From the IMG/VR virus record IMGVR_UViG_3300029740_000003, positions 18,145-82,144 of that record: a stretch of 64,000 bases of DNA; one strand, written 5' to 3'. This DNA is from a virus (lineage: Duplodnaviria > Heunggongvirae > Uroviricota > Caudoviricetes). A model generated the notes under the pieces. The model was not told where the DNA came from. It was given only the letters and a program-made list of their open reading frames with translations, and did not search any database. Shown piece by piece: positions 9,556 through 17,978 of this stretch (within the stretch, counting starts at the first letter, position 1; every line of letters starts with the position of its first letter). The position numbers and the translations under genes are program-made.

Positions 9556-12500
9556 TTACCATTCCTCTTCCTCCACGTCCTCGTCCTCGACGTTTTCCGA
9601 ACCGTTGTTGGAAGTGAAGATTTCCTTGATATCCTCCACGTCGAGCTTTGTGAACTGTTCCGCCGCTCGCGGCATGTACTGCTGGTAGTCGATGGGTTCC
9701 GGGTTCGGAATGTCGGCAACGAGCTTAGCCAGTTCGTTCTGACCGCCCGAATACCATGTCTGCACGGCCATCAGAGTGCCTTGCATGCTTTCGTACATTC
9801 CACGACCGACCGGGATTAGACCATCCTCGTTCTTCAACGATTTCTGGGTGCGGTTCGCTTCGGAGAGATTCTGGGCGCTGACCACGCCTGCGGGGGAGTC
9901 CATTCCCAAGAGGATACGTCCCAACGAACGGAAGAACGCGTTGCCGTTGTACTTCTTCATATCGTCCATCGTCAAACGCTGAGCGCCGAAAATGCATCGG
10001 ATGCCAGCGGTACGACCCTGCACGATAATCTTGCTCAACGCGCTCATCGTCCGGGCGATGGAAGCGTTCGTGGCGGACACGGCGGCATTGTCGTTGGCAA
10101 TCTGCATGTCCTTCTGAGGGTTCTGCGTGGTCTTGCCGGTCTCCTGCAAGTACGAGTTGAACTCATCGAACAGGATGTTCAACGGTTTCAGATGCTTGCG
10201 GTCGGCTTCCTCCACGTCGTCCGGGTTCAGTTCGAAGATGTTGCCCACGCCATACTTGTTGTTGATGCGCACGCGTTCGGCCATCTCCTCACGTGCCCAA
10301 GAAATCACAGCCTCCGTCTCACGCAACTGGTACAGGCCGACGAACGCCAGAGCCTTCGGCTTCGCCCACTGGGTGAAATCGATGCAACCCTTCGACGGGT
10401 CGATGAGAATGATGTCCTCGCCTTTCAGCAAAGCCTCCGCAATGACAATCTGCGAAGCGGACGACTTGCCGCTACCGCTCTTACCGCTGATGAGCAGATG
10501 TGGCGTGGTCTTCGTATCCCAGTACACGGGATTGCCCAAATCGTCCACGCCAATCGGGAACTTGCGACGGTCACACTTCTTCGCCGTCTCCCAATCCGCC
10601 ATGACGCTTGTCGGGAACGGACTCTTCTTCGCCAACACCATGGAGAAATCCGTGCCGTAGGCTTGGATGATTCGACCATACGGATAGTTCGCTTCGGTGA
10701 GGAACTTGCCGAGATTGTATTGCGGCTTGTCCAAATCCAATCCGCCCGGAATCTGGAATTTGGCGAGCAGGACTTCCTTGTTGTTCGGAAGCACGCCCAA
10801 CGATTCGACGGTCGGCGTCTTGCCGGAACTGTCCTGAACTCCGGCAACACCCCAAGCGTCAGACAAGGCTAGTTGAATGAGTTCCTTCTGGGCGGCTCGA
10901 ATCTTCCAATGGGCCACGCTGTCCGGGTCTGTTCCCAGATACGGGTTGGAGCACAGCCATACTGTCGCACGGTCTGCCGATTGCCAATCCCAATACACTC
11001 GTTCGGAACCGACGGCGGCGCTGATGTTGGCGCTTTTCTTACGCACGTCGGCAACGGTTCCGCCACGACCCAAATGGAAGCCGATACGCCAGATGGCCGT
11101 GTCCTTGCCCATCTGCTGACAGGAGTCGATGACCACCTCCGCCCGCGATGGCATCACGTCCATGAGCGCCTTGTAGATGAGCGCCTGAGCGTAACGACGG
11201 TATTCGGGACGGGAGCCGGTCAGACGGTCGATTCTCAAAGGGGCGTTGTCCGCCATGACCAGCGAGGTGATGCTGTTCTCCTCGATGAGTCCGACGAAAT
11301 CCTTGGACGGGTCGAGACTCGATAGGTCGTATCTCATGAAGTCGGACGTGCGGTCTGGTGCCGTCAGCATTTCCGGCATGAACGAGATAGACCAGCCCTC
11401 ACTGGTTTCGACAATCTTCTCTTCGTCGTAATTGCAGACGGGAAGATTCAGTTTCGACCCGACGATATCCTGCCAAGCCTTCTGGTCCTGTTTGAACCGG
11501 CGGGACAGTTCGATATACCGGTTGAACGATTTGCTTTGCGTCAAACCCGCCGGACGATACTTGTTGCCTTTGTCGTTCAGTTTCGTTTCGGGTTGGGCGG
11601 CGAGCATGAACGCGTTCTCCAAATCGGAGAAGATAGGCATTTTGATGATGTCAGCCGGACTGAACGGGTTCGCCAACCATTCCAATCCCAACTGGGTGAT
11701 GAGAGCACCACCACTGGGAGGATTGTGCAACAGCATCAGCCATGCCGCCTCTTCCTCATCGTCTGCGGCGGCGTCGATGACCTGAACGAGCGGCGGACGT
11801 TTATGCCATTCGTTCTGGGCGCAATAATCGTAGGCGATGTCGGCAACCAGTTGGGCGATTTTCGTCCCGACCTTCTTCTTGGTGATGTCGGGAATGCAGG
11901 ACTCGTCCTTGCCGTATACGATTCGCACTAGGCTTGGGTCGAACTGCCAGCCGTTCTCCTTGATGGTTTTGGCGGCGAGCAGGGCTATGAAATTGTATCC
12001 GCTTGAGGTGGCGGAGGAACGTAACGGCTCCACACCGGCTTTCAATACCTTTTCATTGCTTCTTGGAGCGTCATACTGGTCTTGCAAGCGGACGCGCATG
12101 ACGTGCATCGGATTCTTGCGATGGCCGACCTTCTTGACTTGGGTGACGTAGGCTCCTCCCCACATCTTCGCCAAGTCGTCGCTTTTGACCCAACCGTCCA
12201 GCATGCGTTGCGCTTTTACAAGTTCACGCCAATACGCGGTCTGCTTCTTCTTGTCAAATTTCGTCACGAGCAACAGGAACAGAAGTGCGGGAAGACTGAG
12301 CGTCGTTGGAATATCCACGAACCCCAAATATGCGCAAGCTCCCAGTATAACAAGAAGAACAACGGCGGAGACGATGGCGGTGGTCTTCTGCGACGGCTTA
12401 CCTTTTTGCAGGAAGGCGAACACGCTCACACCCTGATAGATATGCCGACGGTCTACAAGACGGTCACGCCAATGAATGACGCCCATGACCGACATGAAAC

Positions 12501-12960
12501 CGAATATCATGTTGAACGGTATCGTCCACAAGCCGCATCCACGACTGGCGTACAGGCCGACGAACCAGCCGACCCACCATGAGACCCTATGCACGGCAAG
12601 CCAATCGGACTTGGACATGAGGTCTGTGAATGTCTCGGGGTTCTCATCGAACTCGTCGTCCTTTTCGGGACGGGAGTAAGGTTTCAGCCCGGAGAACATA
12701 TCCTTCCAACGGTAGTAGACGTTGAGTTTCTTCGGGTCTACGGGGTCTGTCTTACGTGCGGGCGTCGGATAGGTGGCCGTGGTTCCTCCTACGAGGATTC
12801 CCAGCCAGATGAACGGCATGAGCGGAAGTCTCAGTAAAGTACAGAGGATTACGCCGATGATGATTATGAGTCCACACCAGAAGCCGCTCCAGATATGGGT
12901 CGGCTCTTTGCTCCTACTGCGGCTTCGTCCACCGCGATTCTGTGCCATCGAGGACTCCAT
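9556..12960 (-). CDS. large polytopic membrane FtsK/SpoIIIE-like ATPase (putative T4SS coupling/translocase component)
   Basis: 1134 aa; 3-4 N-terminal TM segments; Walker A LLISGKSGSGKSSASQ near aa 820, Walker B ILFDEFNSYL; first gene of the operon 12960-4130. Confidence 0.55.
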   Translation of the reverse strand: MESSMAQNRGGRSRSRSKEPTHIWSGFWCGLIIIIGVILCTLLRLPLMPFIWLGILVGGTTATYPTPARKTDPVDPKKLNVYYRWKDMFSGLKPYSRPEKDDEFDENPETFTDLMSKSDWLAVHRVSWWVGWFVGLYASRGCGLWTIPFNMIFGFMSVMGVIHWRDRLVDRRHIYQGVSVFAFLQKGKPSQKTTAIVSAVVLLVILGACAYLGFVDIPTTLSLPALLFLLLVTKFDKKKQTAYWRELVKAQRMLDGWVKSDDLAKMWGGAYVTQVKKVGHRKNPMHVMRVRLQDQYDAPRSNEKVLKAGVEPLRSSATSSGYNFIALLAAKTIKENGWQFDPSLVRIVYGKDESCIPDITKKKVGTKIAQLVADIAYDYCAQNEWHKRPPLVQVIDAAADDEEEAAWLMLLHNPPSGGALITQLGLEWLANPFSPADIIKMPIFSDLENAFMLAAQPETKLNDKGNKYRPAGLTQSKSFNRYIELSRRFKQDQKAWQDIVGSKLNLPVCNYDEEKIVETSEGWSISFMPEMLTAPDRTSDFMRYDLSSLDPSKDFVGLIEENSITSLVMADNAPLRIDRLTGSRPEYRRYAQALIYKALMDVMPSRAEVVIDSCQQMGKDTAIWRIGFHLGRGGTVADVRKKSANISAAVGSERVYWDWQSADRATVWLCSNPYLGTDPDSVAHWKIRAAQKELIQLALSDAWGVAGVQDSSGKTPTVESLGVLPNNKEVLLAKFQIPGGLDLDKPQYNLGKFLTEANYPYGRIIQAYGTDFSMVLAKKSPFPTSVMADWETAKKCDRRKFPIGVDDLGNPVYWDTKTTPHLLISGKSGSGKSSASQIVIAEALLKGEDIILIDPSKGCIDFTQWAKPKALAFVGLYQLRETEAVISWAREEMAERVRINNKYGVGNIFELNPDDVEEADRKHLKPLNILFDEFNSYLQETGKTTQNPQKDMQIANDNAAVSATNASIARTMSALSKIIVQGRTAGIRCIFGAQRLTMDDMKKYNGNAFFRSLGRILLGMDSPAGVVSAQNLSEANRTQKSLKNEDGLIPVGRGMYESMQGTLMAVQTWYSGGQNELAKLVADIPNPEPIDYQQYMPRAAEQFTKLDVEDIKEIFTSNNGSENVEDEDVEEEEW

Positions 12961-13131
12961 TCATTATCTGTTTTTTGAATGTCGGAAATCTATTAACGAC
13001 ACTAATGGACTGTTTGTTGTAAACCTTTTGAAAACAGGAAAATTGTTTGGGGGAGGTTGGGGCTGGTTGGGGTGTTTTCTTGGCGTGTCGTCGTCTTGGG
13101 TGGCGAGTTATTATAGAAAGTTTAGGTTCAT

Positions 13132-13159
13132 GCTATACTGAGAATGTCCACAAAAAAAG
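13132..13159 (+). promoter_or_regulatory. copy of recurrent promoter/operator motif (GCTATACTGAGAATGTCCACAAAAAAAG)
   Basis: nearly identical to the 36747 copy (TTATACTGGAATCGTCCACAAAAAAG); about 50 nt upstream of ATG 13208. Confidence 0.45.
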
Positions 13160-13207
13160 TCGCCATAAGGAAACAAATTATGACCTAAAGAAAAAGGAGA
13201 AAACAAA

Positions 13208-13675
13208 ATGGCAACGCTACTTATCTCGATTGGCACGTTCATCGTCTACTCGATTTGCGTCATCGTCCTCGCAATCGGAGGACTGTCCATGACCAGTGCA
13301 GGACAGACGTTCGAAACGATGTTCAACAACTTCTTCGGAACAGTCATCCCCTCAATCGCCGTCGGAGCATTCGACATCTTCACGTTCCTCATCTTCGTTG
13401 CCATCCTCCAAACCATCATCTGGTGCTTCCGAATCGAATTCCATGAGGGCAAACTGCGTGACATCCCCATCGACTGCGTGCTCATGGCAATCGTTCCAAT
13501 GCTCTACGTTCACTGGAACCCCGGAGATAATTTCTGCCTCCTGCTCGCACTTATCGGATACCTCATCCCCACGGGTGTCATGTGGATGAACACCATCCTG
13601 CTTCGCCTCGGAAAGAACGGGTTGGATGGAAGGGAATCCCAGTACAAGAAGGCTGACGGCAGGGTTTCTCGCTAA
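13208..13675 (+). CDS. small polytopic membrane protein
   Basis: 155 aa; 3-4 hydrophobic helices; downstream of the motif copy. Confidence 0.5.
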   Translation: MATLLISIGTFIVYSICVIVLAIGGLSMTSAGQTFETMFNNFFGTVIPSIAVGAFDIFTFLIFVAILQTIIWCFRIEFHEGKLRDIPIDCVLMAIVPMLYVHWNPGDNFCLLLALIGYLIPTGVMWMNTILLRLGKNGLDGRESQYKKADGRVSR

Positions 13676-13730
13676 GATTCTTCTAGATGTTCGAACACCC
13701 GTCCGAACTTCCTAGCAAAAGGCTGAACTC

Positions 13731-14729
13731 ATGTCCCACAACAAAAAAACCATCACCATAATCACAGCAGTCGTCCTAGTGTTGGCGCTCGTCATCGGAT
13801 GGTGCGCATGGCGCAAGCACGTCACGTCCACCAAAGAGACCCAAGCCAGCGCCAACACCAGCTCCTCCAGCTCCACCAACAAGACCAAAAAGAAGAAAAC
13901 CCCAGTCTTGTCCGACAAACAAAAGGAACAGAACAAGACCATCGCCCTCCAAATGGAAAAGGACATGCGCAATTGGGGAGTGGACTCGCTCGCAGACCCA
14001 CACCAGTGGGCCAAACAGCCAGCAGACCAAGTATTGGCCGCATTAAGAACACCGGACAATATCGAGACTCCGGCGGACATGCCAACTTCCGTGAAAATCA
14101 ATCAGGGATGGGGAGGCAACGCCCCCTCCTACGTGTGCAACACCTCCGACTACCAGTCCTTATGCGACACCATGCCCACCTCCCAAGTGTGGTGGAAGAA
14201 CGAAGTATGGGGCACTGGAACCAGATGGGTCAAAGACCCGACGGCCACAGTGCTCGAAAACGGCAAGGTAAGAGTCAAAGGCAAGGTTCGTTCCATCCTC
14301 GTCACTAGCGGCGACACTTATTCGATGGGCGGCTACAATGCGCTCACCCCGGCATGGCGGGATTATCAGATTGACGACATCCTCACCATCAAAAATGGAA
14401 AGGTCTCCGACATCGAATATGTAGGAAACCAGAATTGGTGGATTAACCCGTTCCTGACCGCATGGACTCCCGACCGGGTGGCCGACAGTATCGGTGAGGG
14501 CAACAGAATCGCCATCCCGGTTTCAGGCGCATTAAATTGGAATGGTATGAATCCAACCGGCATCACCCGCGTACTGAACGCGCCCACCAGCATGGGAGGC
14601 ATGGATGGAAAAGTCGATTGGAGCATGTGGGACGATTTGATTCAGGCCGGAAACACAGCCAACGGTCAGCAACAGGCACCAGACCTTGACCCGGCGAAGG
14701 ATGCGGCCACCATCCACGACAGAGAATAG
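13731..14729 (+). CDS. membrane-anchored extracellular protein (N-terminal TM, Ser/Thr/Lys-rich linker)
   Basis: 332 aa; TM IITAVVLVLALVIGWCAW then SSSSSTNKTKKKK linker; candidate T4SS surface component (TcpC/VirB8-like role is speculative). Confidence 0.45.
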   Translation: MSHNKKTITIITAVVLVLALVIGWCAWRKHVTSTKETQASANTSSSSSTNKTKKKKTPVLSDKQKEQNKTIALQMEKDMRNWGVDSLADPHQWAKQPADQVLAALRTPDNIETPADMPTSVKINQGWGGNAPSYVCNTSDYQSLCDTMPTSQVWWKNEVWGTGTRWVKDPTATVLENGKVRVKGKVRSILVTSGDTYSMGGYNALTPAWRDYQIDDILTIKNGKVSDIEYVGNQNWWINPFLTAWTPDRVADSIGEGNRIAIPVSGALNWNGMNPTGITRVLNAPTSMGGMDGKVDWSMWDDLIQAGNTANGQQQAPDLDPAKDAATIHDRE

Positions 14730-14790
14730 TGCATTACACAAGCAAAAAGAGAAGGAATCTACATTCCTTCTCTTTTTGCTATAACTCAAA

Positions 14791-17124
14791 CTACTTCTTC
14801 CAGTTGGAATTACGGAAGAATTGGCAGTCAGTGCTGGAAAGCTGGGATTTCGTCAGCCATCGAGAACCATAGGAGGAGAACGACGCGGAACCATCACGGT
14901 TGCCTTCACTAATACGAATCTTCCAACCGGACGGGTCGGAGGACACTTCCTCAACCACGGCCACGTGACCACAATCACCACCACCGGCGAACGGGCTACC
15001 ACGACCTGATATACCGTCACCGGGTTTAGGGTTCCCATCGACCGTCCAACCGGATTGGCCTTTCAAATTGTTGGCGATGTCACCACCGTTACCCATAACC
15101 CAAGACCAGCCTTCGTTGCCGTGAATCATGGCAAGACGGTTCCATGCATACCAGACGCACTGATGACCATATTCCAAATGCGGGTAGAACACACCAGCGT
15201 CAGACGCGCTACAAATCTTCTGATTGCCCGAACACATCCAAGAAAAGTCCCCATCCTTGGTAGGCGCACCGCCGACGGAACCATACGAAGTACTACCGCT
15301 ATCGTCACTCACAGGGCACGTGGTGTTCGCGTCGGAATCGTCTGAGGAACCGCTTGAGGAACCACCCGTGTCAGCCGGGGGAGCGGAATCAAACTGCACT
15401 TCTGACGATGGCGGGAACTTGTTTGTCTGCTTGATGTAAGCAATGAACTGTTGTGTCACACCCCAAACGGTCGAGACGTAATTATTGTCCGTGGCATATC
15501 CGGCATTCTTTAACTCCTGAATGTACGCGTGAGGGTCGGTACGCTTCTGCAATGCCGTCGCATAACGGGAATTCTCGGTGATGAACTTGCCATAACCGGC
15601 GAAACCATCCTCGTCGGAATCGTAGACCGCGAAATCACCGGTCGTATCGTAACATCCACCTTGATTGCATTCCTTGGTGGCAAGCTTGACCGACTTTTGA
15701 CCATTGACCGCCTTGATGCCAAAGAAGTTATGATATTTGGTCGTCAGATTGGAAGCGCCCCAAGCGCTTTCCACTGCGGACTGTCCAAGAATCGCCTCAT
15801 ATGGGATACCGTACTTCTTGCCAATGTCAAATGCGGCCTGACCATACTTATCCGTATATGCTTGAACGGAATTGGTTACTGTCACATTGGCCGACGTGGT
15901 ATCGGTGGTTCCGTCCGTATCGTCGGATTGTGTGCAACATTGGGAACTGTCATCATCGGAGTCTCCACTCTTGCCGTTGAAGGAGATGTCGTTCAATCCT
16001 TTGTCGTAATAGTTCTTGGCTACCTGTTTTCGGTTATCCTCATTACGGGATGCCCAATTTGGCCTTTCCCATCCGGCCATCCATGCGACTGCGGCCACTT
16101 CCGGGTCGCTGGCTTCATGCCAAGTATCATACAGACTGTCGTTCTTGACGATTATCTCGGCCTTGGCTTCCGACAAGTAATGATTGTTGAAGGAGCTTTT
16201 CGCGGTTGCCACAAGCATTTTTATCTGCCCGTCCTCGTCCGAATCAGGCGTGCCCTCCAGTCCGTTGGCGTCCATCCAAGTGCGGATTTTGCTTCGGGGA
16301 GTCCATTGTCCGAGACCGTATCCATTGTCGGGGCTGCTTCTGTCCGCTACGAAACCGGATTCGGCATACACATTGCCCAATACTCCAGCCGTGGCCGCTT
16401 TGGAGAATCCCGCTGACGCGAACGCCTTGGCGATTTTGATTGCTACATCATTGGTTTTGAAATCAGAAGATGAACTGGAGCTACTGGAGTCCGAAGAGGA
16501 GGAGTCGGAGGAGCTGGACGCGGAAGAGTCGGAAAGACGATAGTAGGAAGTGTATTTACCGCCACCGTAATCAAACGGGACTTCCGACACCTCGTCCCCC
16601 TTGCTGTCACCATCCTTGCCATCGGTATCCTCGTGAGCGCCAACGGTCTTATTATCCCCGATATAGATTTCCGTATGGCCGTCCCGCCATACAACATCAC
16701 CTTTCTGGAGCTTGTCTGCGGAACCATCGAAGTCGGTTTTGGTGAAACCGGCCTTGCTCATCGGGTCATCCATACTGGACGTATTAAATGGGGAGTCGCC
16801 CAGATTCTTGACGCCACCCTTTGTCAGCGCATAGTAGACGAAACTCGAACAGTCAACATCAGGATTGAGTTTTCGTTTCGACTGGCTATAACCGATTTTG
16901 TCGTCCTTAGCCATTTCCTCGGCCTTGGCTATGTACTTGTCTATGAGACTGTTCCCACTGTCCGAACTGCTTTGGGCAGAGGTCTTCTTGCATCCGTTGG
17001 AGCGAATGGACATCATGGTCGTATCGGACACGGTACTCATACTGGTCACGCCGACCGCTAGCATCATGTCGAAGAGGAGTAGGCCAGCCATCCCCGTCGC
17101 CGCCATTTTTCCAAAACTTTGCAC
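14791..17124 (-). CDS. multidomain cell-wall hydrolase: NlpC/P60-like + lysozyme-like (GN.Y.ESG...GLGQW) + glucosaminidase-like (ESAWG...NFFGIK) + CHAP
   Basis: 777 aa; motifs DCSSFVYYAL...H (NlpC/P60 Cys-His), GNVYAESGF...GLGQW, GQSAVESAWGAS...YHNFFGIKA, C-terminal CHAP (CVWYAWNR...GHVAVVEE); N-terminal signal/TM; PrgK/CwlT/TcpG-type conjugation hydrolase. Confidence 0.75.
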   Translation of the reverse strand: MQSFGKMAATGMAGLLLFDMMLAVGVTSMSTVSDTTMMSIRSNGCKKTSAQSSSDSGNSLIDKYIAKAEEMAKDDKIGYSQSKRKLNPDVDCSSFVYYALTKGGVKNLGDSPFNTSSMDDPMSKAGFTKTDFDGSADKLQKGDVVWRDGHTEIYIGDNKTVGAHEDTDGKDGDSKGDEVSEVPFDYGGGKYTSYYRLSDSSASSSSDSSSSDSSSSSSSSDFKTNDVAIKIAKAFASAGFSKAATAGVLGNVYAESGFVADRSSPDNGYGLGQWTPRSKIRTWMDANGLEGTPDSDEDGQIKMLVATAKSSFNNHYLSEAKAEIIVKNDSLYDTWHEASDPEVAAVAWMAGWERPNWASRNEDNRKQVAKNYYDKGLNDISFNGKSGDSDDDSSQCCTQSDDTDGTTDTTSANVTVTNSVQAYTDKYGQAAFDIGKKYGIPYEAILGQSAVESAWGASNLTTKYHNFFGIKAVNGQKSVKLATKECNQGGCYDTTGDFAVYDSDEDGFAGYGKFITENSRYATALQKRTDPHAYIQELKNAGYATDNNYVSTVWGVTQQFIAYIKQTNKFPPSSEVQFDSAPPADTGGSSSGSSDDSDANTTCPVSDDSGSTSYGSVGGAPTKDGDFSWMCSGNQKICSASDAGVFYPHLEYGHQCVWYAWNRLAMIHGNEGWSWVMGNGGDIANNLKGQSGWTVDGNPKPGDGISGRGSPFAGGGDCGHVAVVEEVSSDPSGWKIRISEGNRDGSASFSSYGSRWLTKSQLSSTDCQFFRNSNWKK

Positions 17125-17207
17125 TGTACCCGCCTTACAAAAAACTTGGAAGAGATTTTTGCCATCTCTTCCAAGTTAACAGAATTTTTTAGGTAAGGGG
17201 AGGGAAA

Positions 17208-17978
17208 TCAGTGGAATGGTTCGAATGGTATGCTGAACACCATATTGTAAAGGTCTTCCACATCGCCCGCCGCGGTCTGCGCGTCGGATAGAATCTGTTG
17301 CGGTTCCCGTTCCTCCCCCCAAAGGTCGAACAGGTTCACGACCGTATCGACTTCCTTCTCGCTTTTACTGTTGATGGCAAAACCCAATAGTCGGCCACGA
17401 TTAAGGTCGGACAATGGTTTGCTGATTTCCTTAGACCATTCGCAAGCGGTTTTCCACGCGTCATCGTCCATCGTATAATCTCCGTCCACACCATAGGTGA
17501 GCAGGTCTCCTTCGGTGCTTTCCTGAGCAATGTCATGGATGACGAACATGTATTCGATGGCGAGGAGATACTCGTCCAGACTGATTTCGTCCGCATTCCA
17601 GTCATGGTTCGTCGGGAAATGCAGATACGGATAACGGTTCACTGTCTCATTGCCGATTTTGTCTCCCTCATGGAGCAGTGCCACGGGGAGTGTGAAGATA
17701 GGCGACAGGTAGACCCTTCCCTCGACCCCACCATATTGGTCGTTCTCCGGAATGGCGATAATCTGCTTCATCGAATTGACGATACGATTCACATACTTGG
17801 TGGGCCGTTCCAACAGCAACGGTCTTCCACTGGAGAAGCCTTGGAAAGACATCACATCATATTTTTCAACGACCGGCGTGGTGTCGAACGTCGGCGGAGA
17901 CAATGGTGTGATGTTCTGCTCATCCTCCGTCTTATGGGGCATCGGACGATTCTCTCCGAAGAAATCCTTGTAACTCAC
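17208..17978 (-). CDS. hypothetical protein (T4SS operon member)
   Basis: 256 aa ORF between virB4-like and the hydrolase, overlapping the virB4 stop by 4 nt. Confidence 0.5.
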   Translation of the reverse strand: MSYKDFFGENRPMPHKTEDEQNITPLSPPTFDTTPVVEKYDVMSFQGFSSGRPLLLERPTKYVNRIVNSMKQIIAIPENDQYGGVEGRVYLSPIFTLPVALLHEGDKIGNETVNRYPYLHFPTNHDWNADEISLDEYLLAIEYMFVIHDIAQESTEGDLLTYGVDGDYTMDDDAWKTACEWSKEISKPLSDLNRGRLLGFAINSKSEKEVDTVVNLFDLWGEEREPQQILSDAQTAAGDVEDLYNMVFSIPFEPFH

